Source of the DNA: a virus
Taxonomy: Duplodnaviria > Caudoviricetes
Direction: 5' to 3' (one strand)
Virus record (IMG/VR): IMGVR_UViG_3300020201_000026
Coordinates: 1 to 54,968 of that record
DNA: 54,968 nt
Each line of letters opens with the position of its first letter. The first letter of the stretch is position 1. The position numbers and the translations under genes are program-made. The notes below the pieces were generated by a model. The model was given only the letters and a program-made list of their open reading frames with translations. It searched no databases and was not told where the DNA came from. This document shows positions 7,875 to 14,118 of this stretch, one piece after another.

Positions 7875-7906
7875 TAAAACAGGACTTACATCTTGCGAAT
7901 GCCTGT
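7875..7906 (-). repeat. 32-nt intergenic hairpin repeat, copy 3 of 3
   Basis: TAAAACAGGACTTACATCTTGCGAATGCCTGT. Confidence 0.9.
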
Positions 7907-7908
7907 TG

Positions 7909-8433
7909 TTACTTGATTTGGTGGGTTTTACACCACCCTGATTTTTTTATTGCCAAAAGGCGTAAGTAATCGGAAGAGTAGGGGTTGTCATATCCTGACG
8001 ACCACTGGTCGTCATACCCTGAGGCCCAATGAGAGTTCCTCGTGAAAGAGAAACCCAATGCCAAACTCTTTAGAATCTTTAAATGTTCCTCTCTGTCAAA
8101 AGAGGTTATTACCTGTAAGCGGTCGCAATGCAGTGAGATTTCAGCCTCCAATTTGCTGGTGCAGGAGCTTCCTTTCCAGCTATGACCCCAGCTAATCATG
8201 CCACTCCATTTTTTAAATCGTTCCGCCCATTTCTTGCAGAACGGTTCCCAGCCAGTGGCTTTGGTCTTCCCAGAAACACAAACAGTCGTCCCCGACGATA
8301 GGTTGTACGTAATGGTAACCTTGTACCGCTCTTTGTTGCGGTATAAAGTTGCAATATGATATTCAATGTACGAGATTGAATTTCGTACATTGACAGTCGC
8401 TACGGGCGTTGCAAATAATTGGATTGCTATCAT
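7909..8433 (-). CDS. hypothetical protein (174 aa, Trp/Ser-rich)
   Basis: ORF with AACAAAAAATG leader. Confidence 0.75.
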   Translation of the reverse strand: MIAIQLFATPVATVNVRNSISYIEYHIATLYRNKERYKVTITYNLSSGTTVCVSGKTKATGWEPFCKKWAERFKKWSGMISWGHSWKGSSCTSKLEAEISLHCDRLQVITSFDREEHLKILKSLALGFSFTRNSHWASGYDDQWSSGYDNPYSSDYLRLLAIKKSGWCKTHQIK

Positions 8434-8570
8434 TTTTTGTTCTGCTTACTCAATGCAGAAACACTCTGTCTTTGTCCCGAACGGGAAACAGGTGTTAGCA
8501 GTTTCTCGTAAATTCTACGAGGAAGATTTAGAGTTTTCTCTCTTTTGTTATCTACCGTACAATAATCACA

Positions 8571-8614
8571 GCTCTCTGGTTGCAACACCAAACTCACACC
8601 CGGTGAGGAACTAT
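8571..8614 (-). repeat. 44-nt repeat, copy 2 of 2
   Basis: GCTCTCTGGTTGCAACACCAAACTCACACCCGGTGAGGAACTAT. Confidence 0.9.
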
Positions 8615-8712
8615 ACTATACACTGCAAAAATGCAACATCACACCTAAGCCGAAGCTCTCCCTTTAGATTTTTCAGGGATTAAGGTGCCAACCTCCTAAG
8701 AGGTATTTAAAT

Positions 8713-8821
8713 ACGTCTTTCTTGTTCTTTCACTGTCGCATTAACCCCCGTAGGAGAAAAGACGTTGCAACAGCGAGAGGTTTTTCCTCTATCAAAGCAG
8801 TTTATAGTCCTGCTTAGGACT
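8713..8821 (-). ncRNA. ~110-nt structured repeat (small pseudoknot + hairpin + nested pseudoknot), copy 1 of 2
   Basis: Direct repeat of 9050-9160 with compensatory changes in two stems. Confidence 0.7.
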
Positions 8822-8835
8822 TGCTCTTATCGGGG

Positions 8836-9021
8836 TTAATCCCAATAAGAGCTATGACCCCCTTTTCCATACGCTGCCATACGACAGCCGGGATTTCTTT
8901 TTATTGCAGCCCTTGAGGTCTTTGCAGGGCTTTTCTTTTTGGGACGACAAGCTTTTCTCCTGCCCATTGCTTGACGAGGGTGAAAGTCATTCTTGTCTTC
9001 CACAATCTCGTGGATTTTCAT
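8836..9021 (-). CDS. small basic hypothetical protein (61 aa)
   Basis: K/R-rich ORF with the arm-typical leader TAACCTTAAAAC...ATG, flanked by the 110-nt repeats. Confidence 0.6.
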   Translation of the reverse strand: MKIHEIVEDKNDFHPRQAMGRRKACRPKKKSPAKTSRAAIKRNPGCRMAAYGKGGHSSYWD

Positions 9022-9049
9022 GATGTCTTGTGTTTTAAGGTTAAATAAT

Positions 9050-9160
9050 GCACTTTTCTTGTTCTTTCACTGTCGCATTAACTTCCGTAGAAGAAAAAGT
9101 GCTGCAACAATTAGAGGTTTATTTCCCCTATCAAAGCAGTTTATAGTCCTGCTTAGGACT
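9050..9160 (-). ncRNA. ~110-nt structured repeat, copy 2 of 2
   Basis: Direct repeat of 8713-8821 with compensatory stem changes. Confidence 0.7.
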
Positions 9161-9174
9161 TTTGACGATTAATC

Positions 9175-9606
9175 CTACAGGGCTTTAACCCAGTACTCCA
9201 TTGAACTTAACCATGTAACACACATCATTGGACTAAGTTCCTCCGCCAGCGATGTCCAATCAGGGGCATACTGATTGTCCCCTTTTGTGGGGTAGCCCAG
9301 TTGGGCATACCCGTACAAATATGTCCACATTTGAAGTCGCACGTCCTCAAAAGAGCAGTAAAGGTGGGTTGCCCCCACTTTTGTTGCCTCTTTCACGATT
9401 TCAAGAGCCAAAGCTTTCACTTGTACAAGTGCGAGCTTGGCACTTTCTGTGTCAAATCCTATCATGGTTGCAATTTCTGTACCCTCGTACCCTTGAGCAT
9501 CTTCATGGTGGCAACCATTGATATGGCTGCCGTACTGTAAGCGGAACATGTCCTCTTGGCGAGGGGTCAATACAGTTTGAGACGCTACGAATAATATCTT
9601 TTTCAT
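9175..9606 (-). CDS. divergent paralog of the Csx20-like protein
   Basis: LFVASQTVLTPRQ vs LFVAFSHVLTESQ; LALEIVKEA..GATHLYC vs LALRIVSEA..EATHFYC; LQMWTYLY vs LTMWANLY. The C-terminal STT/HV segment is lost. Confidence 0.7.
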   Translation of the reverse strand: MKKILFVASQTVLTPRQEDMFRLQYGSHINGCHHEDAQGYEGTEIATMIGFDTESAKLALVQVKALALEIVKEATKVGATHLYCSFEDVRLQMWTYLYGYAQLGYPTKGDNQYAPDWTSLAEELSPMMCVTWLSSMEYWVKAL

Positions 9607-9629
9607 ATTTTTATTTATTTAAGGTTTAT

Positions 9630-9707
9630 TTTCTTGCGAACCACCGCTTGCTCTATGTTTCCATAGACTTGTGAGACTCTCGTATTCCGAAGAACTTAGA
9701 GGTAGTT
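9630..9707 (-). ncRNA. GAAA-tetraloop / 11-nt-receptor RNA element, copy 1 of 2
   Basis: Receptor variant UCUAAG/UACGA capped by UUCG; hairpin UCUAUG-GAAA-CAUAGA; closing stem AACUAC/GUGGUU. Aligns without gaps to 10160-10237. Confidence 0.7.
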
Positions 9708-9709
9708 GT

Positions 9710-9737
9710 AAAAGCCCCCCAGTTAATCGGAGGGCTT
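9710..9737 (-). terminator. probable intrinsic terminator
   Basis: AAGCCC...GGGCUUUU hairpin after the stop of 9747-10133; resembles 4550-4580. Confidence 0.6.
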
Positions 9738-9746
9738 GTTGTTACT

Positions 9747-10133
9747 TTATTTGAGGAAGAATGTGTTTTCTACTACTTCGTCGCCGAAGTAATCTCGTTC
9801 GTCCCCTGTGTAAGGGACGGTTTTAGAGGTACAACCAATTGACGTTGTAGGAAACTTAATGTCCCCTAAATCCACTCCGCAAGTTGACAGCGAAACTACT
9901 CCGTTCTTTCCTATATACACGTTCAATTTGCCGAATTGAACAGCATACGCCCATTCTGGCGACGCTTTCAATAGGCAAAACGCTATTTCCCACTTGATGT
10001 CGTAGGATATTATGTCAAAATGTCCGTTTGCCATTTTCAGCGATTTGGCAAGGCTTTTAGCCATCTTGCCTCTTTCTGTAACTGTGCCGTATACGAAACG
10101 GCTTGTGTATACGTCTTTTTTTGAAACTTTCAT
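9747..10133 (-). CDS. hypothetical protein, paralog of 5611-5982
   Basis: Shared WAYAVQ(F/Y)G core. Confidence 0.8.
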   Translation of the reverse strand: MKVSKKDVYTSRFVYGTVTERGKMAKSLAKSLKMANGHFDIISYDIKWEIAFCLLKASPEWAYAVQFGKLNVYIGKNGVVSLSTCGVDLGDIKFPTTSIGCTSKTVPYTGDERDYFGDEVVENTFFLK

Positions 10134-10159
10134 AATACTTATTTATTTATTGAGTTTAA

Positions 10160-10237
10160 TTTCTTGCGAACTACCGCTTGCATTACTTTTCAGTAACCTT
10201 GTGAGACTCCCATATCCTACTGGACTTAGGGGAAACC
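10160..10237 (-). ncRNA. GAAA-tetraloop / 11-nt-receptor RNA element, copy 2 of 2
   Basis: Canonical receptor CCUAAG/UAUGG; hairpin GUUACU-GAAA-AGUAAU. Confidence 0.7.
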
Positions 10238-10293
10238 GATTGTATATGTACCTCAACGCCGAAATCCCAATGACGGATTCGTGTGAGAAACAA

Positions 10294-10389
10294 GAAATAG
10301 TTACATACTGTATGGGTATGTAGCTATTTCATTAGTTACGTGTACGGTTAAACACGTAACATATACCCTAAACTTTTAATTTAGGGTAT
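10294..10389. repeat. three consecutive inverted repeats
   Basis: GAAATAGTTACATAC/GTATGTAGCTATTTC, GTTACGTGT/ACACGTAAC and ATACCCTAAA/TTTAGGGTAT. Confidence 0.85.
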
Positions 10390-10394
10390 TGTTT

Positions 10395-11063
10395 TTATTT
10401 TGGCACACTTGCCGTGTTTGCTAATTTAGCTTGTTCTTTTGCTAATTTAGCTTGTTCTTTTGCCTCATCTTTGGTTTTTTCTGTGTTGTTTTCTTTTGTA
10501 ACCGCAATAGGGGCAATAAAGCCTCCTATTGCCCAAAATAGGCTCTTTGATGACTTTTCTTGCCACACTGTGTTCTCCCGTACAGTTGCAAGTTGTTCGT
10601 GGTAGCTAATACCAACCTTCATTAATGAAGGAATAGCGTTAGCAATGTTCAAATACTTTGTACCTGAACTTGTTGTAACCAAAACGGTCTCCATGTCGCA
10701 TGTTACACCCTCTAATAGGGTAGCAACATTTTTGATTGAAACGTTGATAAGTTCGTTGCCTCTTGTGAAGCAACCAACCGTGAGTGAAAGTACTGCAACC
10801 GCAGTAAAATCACTCTTAACGAGCGCGTTGTTTGCAACCTCTATGGTAGCAATTGATAGTTTCTTTTCTATCAATTTTGTGTCATACGCATTGTCTACTT
10901 CACTGTGTGTGAAGTTAGATAAGACACTGCCTTCTAAGAGGTAGTGCCTTTTAATGGGTATGATAAACTCCGACGTGGCACGTAGTGCCAAATTAGAGGG
11001 TATTAATCTATCAACCATTGGTATAGGGCTATTTTGTAAACGGTTGCACGGTTGCAGTCGCAT
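10395..11063 (-). CDS. hypothetical protein, first gene of the left arm; start uncertain (ATG 11063, ATG 11018 or TTG 10874)
   Basis: Open frame with a C-terminal 21-bp tandem repeat (AKEQAKL x2). The 5' part is hairpin-rich, and TTG 10874 has the A-rich context typical of this arm. Confidence 0.6.
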   Translation of the reverse strand: MRLQPCNRLQNSPIPMVDRLIPSNLALRATSEFIIPIKRHYLLEGSVLSNFTHSEVDNAYDTKLIEKKLSIATIEVANNALVKSDFTAVAVLSLTVGCFTRGNELINVSIKNVATLLEGVTCDMETVLVTTSSGTKYLNIANAIPSLMKVGISYHEQLATVRENTVWQEKSSKSLFWAIGGFIAPIAVTKENNTEKTKDEAKEQAKLAKEQAKLANTASVPK

Positions 11064-11668
11064 ATAGCCAAAGGCAGGAGGGGTGAATAGACATCAGACT
11101 CAATACTCCTTCTTAAAAAAATATTTTTTTTGCTGGGGTCAGTTGTCATTTTGCCTTGTGTGTTAGTTTGCTGTGTGTTAGTTTTACTGTAGAGGGGGGT
11201 ATTTGAGGGGGTGTTGTTTTATGTTTTTCTTTGGGTGGTTTCTTTGGCTATGGTATTATAGTTATAAGCTCTATCAAGGGGCAAGCCCCTTAAAAAGTTG
11301 TTTTTGGAGTACCTGATCCAGTCCTTTTTTGGGGAGAGTGTAGTATCTTTTGTTTAATGTGGAGATAGACACGTTCCACTACAATATAAATAAGGGTATG
11401 CTTTTACTGCAAAATGTTTATGCGGATTATCAGCCAGAGCTTCGTATCAGAACCTTATGAAAGAGGATGCGAAGATGTTTATGCCTTTAGCACTGAAGGA
11501 TTACCGCAAGAGGGGAGTTTCAACCGCCCATTTTGTTGCCCTTTTATCTTAATACCTTTCGTTGCCAAAAGGTAACCGAGAATCTAAAAAAGAATCGTTA
11601 TATATATAACTTATTTTTGACATAAAAGGTTCAGTTATTTTGAAAATAAATTAAAAATATTTTTTATT

Positions 11669-11700
11669 TTTGGTAGTATCGTTTTGTTGTGTTATATTTG
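11669..11700 (+). promoter_or_regulatory. Bacteroidota-type promoter for the tRNA / right arm
   Basis: TTTG (11669-72), 20-nt spacer, TATATTTG (11693-700), 8 nt before the tRNA. Confidence 0.75.
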
Positions 11701-11708
11701 CACAACAA

Positions 11709-11781
11709 GTCCTTATAGCTTAACTGGAAAAGCGTTACCCTTCTAAGGTAAGGAGTACAAGTTCAAATCTTGTTAGGGACA
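11709..11781 (+). tRNA. tRNA-Arg(TCT)
   Basis: Acceptor GTCCTTA/TAGGGAC+A; D-arm GCTT/AAGC; anticodon arm TTACC-CTTCTAA-GGTAA; T-arm ACAAG-TTCAAAT-CTTGT; CCA not encoded. Confidence 0.92.
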
Positions 11782-11796
11782 CTAATAGATTATAAT

Positions 11797-12552
11797 ATGA
11801 AAAGGAAGGACGATGTTTCGTTTGATGCTGTTACGCATTCCTATTTCAACACGGATACGGGAGTGGAGTACACTCCTGTTACGTCTTGGATAGCGAAGCA
11901 CAAGAGGGAGTTTGTTGCAGATGAGAGCAAGACCAGAGCAACTCAGAGGAAGCTTGGCTTAACTCACGAGGAGGTTCTTTCTATGTGGGAGGACAAGAAG
12001 AACAAGGCAGGACAGAGGGGGTCGTATATCCACAACACTATTGAGGACTACTTGGTTTCTGGTAGGGTAGACATGGGGTATAATCCTTTAAACAAGGACA
12101 TACCTTTTACTTATTTAAAAATGCTTAGAAGGAAAAGAGCTAAACTGTGGATAGAGGATATGCTCTGGTACAAGCAGAGGGGGATAGCTGGTCAGAGTGA
12201 TTTGGTGTTGGAGTACAAGAGGCACGTTGAAATAACAGACTGGAAGACCAATGAGAAAGAAACGGAGGCACTATCAAAAGTAATGTGGTACACTGAGAAC
12301 TTCAAGGAGTTGTTTGTAGACCTTCCCCAGACTTCTTTAAACGAGTATGTTATACAGCTTGTGTTATATGGCATAATGGCGAGTTATTATTACGGCAAGC
12401 CTTGTAGGAAGCATACGGTGGTACACATCTTTAACGGGTATAGGGAGATACACCTTGACAAGTTGAAAATGGAATACTACAATGGGCGAGGGCAAAAGAT
12501 AAAAACAACAGTGGTAGCATACGTCAAGAAGAAACTAAAACCTTTATTTTAA
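11797..12552 (+). CDS. PD-(D/E)XK (RecB/Cas4-like) nuclease
   Basis: Motifs GSYIH..IE, IAGQSDLV, ITDWKT, Y..QL..Y. ATG 11797 chosen because TTG 11770 lies inside the tRNA. Confidence 0.85.
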   Translation: MKRKDDVSFDAVTHSYFNTDTGVEYTPVTSWIAKHKREFVADESKTRATQRKLGLTHEEVLSMWEDKKNKAGQRGSYIHNTIEDYLVSGRVDMGYNPLNKDIPFTYLKMLRRKRAKLWIEDMLWYKQRGIAGQSDLVLEYKRHVEITDWKTNEKETEALSKVMWYTENFKELFVDLPQTSLNEYVIQLVLYGIMASYYYGKPCRKHTVVHIFNGYREIHLDKLKMEYYNGRGQKIKTTVVAYVKKKLKPLF

Positions 12553-12554
12553 AA

Positions 12555-12761
12555 ATGACAGAAGAAAACAAAACAGAAGATATGCAAGAGGAGTACCAGT
12601 TTAACTGGAAAGTTGCTTCTTTGCCTAAGCCTATTGGCAAGATACAAAAGAACAAGTTAGAAATTGCAAGATTGAAAAACACAATACTTAAACAGAGCAA
12701 GGTTATACAAACGCTTTGGGATTATAGGAAGGCGACACAAAACAAAACAAAACAAATATGA
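12555..12761 (+). CDS. small hypothetical protein
   Basis: ORF packed between neighbours; ATGA overlap with the next gene. Confidence 0.7.
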   Translation: MTEENKTEDMQEEYQFNWKVASLPKPIGKIQKNKLEIARLKNTILKQSKVIQTLWDYRKATQNKTKQI

Positions 12762-13780
12762 CTCACCCAAAAGAAATAAACAAGCAGGTATTAGAGTCTT
12801 GGCTAAACGGTTATAAAGGCATGCTGACGGTGTTAGCTAAGAACATACTGTATCACTACGACATAGAAGACACAGGAGACAATCGGGAATACCTCCGAAA
12901 GAGATTGTCTGCTATTAGGCATAGCCCAGTGTTTTCCCCTCCTTTTGAAGGGGAGGTTACAGGATTCACAGAGCCTTTCTTAGCTGCTGTTGCTTCTTCC
13001 CCTGTTGCCCCTGTATTGACTTCTATTCAAGCCTCTGAGATAATAGAGCGTTTGAATAGGGAGTCTTACAGAAGAGAGTTGAAGGTCATATATTTAGTAA
13101 TAGGGGACATACACGCCCCTTTTACTTCTCCTTTTTACTTTAAGCATTGTCAGGAGGTAAAAGAGAAGTACACTATTATAGGGGACGCTTTGTACGGAAA
13201 GCACAACTGGCGATTGCGGATTGTGTTTATAGGGGACATCATTGACGGGCAGGCTATCAGTATGCACGACCACAACCCCAACCTTCAATCGGCAGGGGAC
13301 GAGATGACAGAAGCAAAGGCATCTCTCCACAAGTGGACAACCGAGTTCCCTGTTGCTTATGTAACAGAGGGCAATCACGACTCCTTGTATAAAAGGCAAG
13401 TGTCAAAAGCTGGACTACCACAAGAGGCATTCTCAGGGCTTTCCCGTATGTTGGGCTTGCCTAAAGACTGGCTAATAACAGATGAGCTTATAGACTCTCA
13501 GTACAACATAGTGTTTACGCACGGTACGAAACTAAGCAAATCAACTATCGCGGTAGCTGCTATGAAACGCCAGTACAGTCATGTATGCGGACACCAGCAC
13601 AGCATTTGCAACATAAGCTATATAACTGAAAAGCTGTTTACTTCGTTTGTAGGGTGTGGCATAGACTTCTCTTCCTCCGCGTTTGACTATGCCAAAGGGG
13701 GTGCTAACAATCCTATTTTGAGTTGTCTGGTTATTGTGGACGGCGTACCTGTTTTAGAAACTATGCGAGTAGTAGAGTAA
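12758..13780 (+). CDS. calcineurin-like metallophosphoesterase
   Basis: Motifs GDIH, GDIID, GNHD, THG, GHQH in canonical order. Confidence 0.9.
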   Translation: MTHPKEINKQVLESWLNGYKGMLTVLAKNILYHYDIEDTGDNREYLRKRLSAIRHSPVFSPPFEGEVTGFTEPFLAAVASSPVAPVLTSIQASEIIERLNRESYRRELKVIYLVIGDIHAPFTSPFYFKHCQEVKEKYTIIGDALYGKHNWRLRIVFIGDIIDGQAISMHDHNPNLQSAGDEMTEAKASLHKWTTEFPVAYVTEGNHDSLYKRQVSKAGLPQEAFSGLSRMLGLPKDWLITDELIDSQYNIVFTHGTKLSKSTIAVAAMKRQYSHVCGHQHSICNISYITEKLFTSFVGCGIDFSSSAFDYAKGGANNPILSCLVIVDGVPVLETMRVVE

Positions 13781-14118
13781 TGGGAACAGAGGGGGTTCTT
13801 ACCATAGAGAACAAGCAGGGGGGACAAAGGAAGTGGGAGGCTTACATTGTTACGGCTAACTACTATGTGGGAGAGCTGAATCTAAACCTTGTAAACTTCC
13901 CATTGTTGTATGGTATTTCGCGAGAGGAGGTCATAGACAAAACAATAGACAGGCTTGTGGTGTTAAAGAAGGAAATAGCTATGCTGACGGCGGTTTGTAA
14001 AACAAAAAAGAAAACAATACAGCAAGAGGAAAGGTTAAAAGAGCGAGTCTTGCAACGTAATATAAAAAAACAACTAAGAAAAAATGAAAACAACACAGGC
14101 ATTTCTAAACAGCTTTAA
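13780..14118 (+). CDS. hypothetical protein
   Basis: TAATG stop/start coupling at 13778-13782; basic coiled C-terminus. Confidence 0.65.
   Translation: MGTEGVLTIENKQGGQRKWEAYIVTANYYVGELNLNLVNFPLLYGISREEVIDKTIDRLVVLKKEIAMLTAVCKTKKKTIQQEERLKERVLQRNIKKQLRKNENNTGISKQL

Noticed and set aside
6010-7906. CRISPR mini-array from the 32-nt repeats
   Set aside because: Copies are 0.7-1.2 kb apart and separated by genes or a long spacer, not 30-40 nt spacers.
4420-8530. Hammerhead ribozymes (stem followed by GAAAC on minus at ~4425 and ~8505)
   Set aside because: No CUGANGA core precedes the stems.
9630-10237. Twister-sister or c-di-GMP-I assignment for the leader RNA
   Set aside because: CUCA and GCAAG words are present but their spacing does not fit twister-sister; the tetraloop/receptor order is opposite to c-di-GMP-I and its core is not seen.
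11340-11552. Short ORFs or a frameshifted gene in the control region
   Set aside because: Only 20-50 codon frames with no recognisable motif or leader.
11709-11781. Amber suppressor tRNA (loop contains CTA)
   Set aside because: The loop CTTCTAA places TCT at positions 34-36, i.e. Arg.
11797-12552. Cas4 of a CRISPR adaptation module
   Set aside because: No four-Cys Fe-S pattern and no cas1/cas2 or array; a stand-alone phage PD-(D/E)XK nuclease.
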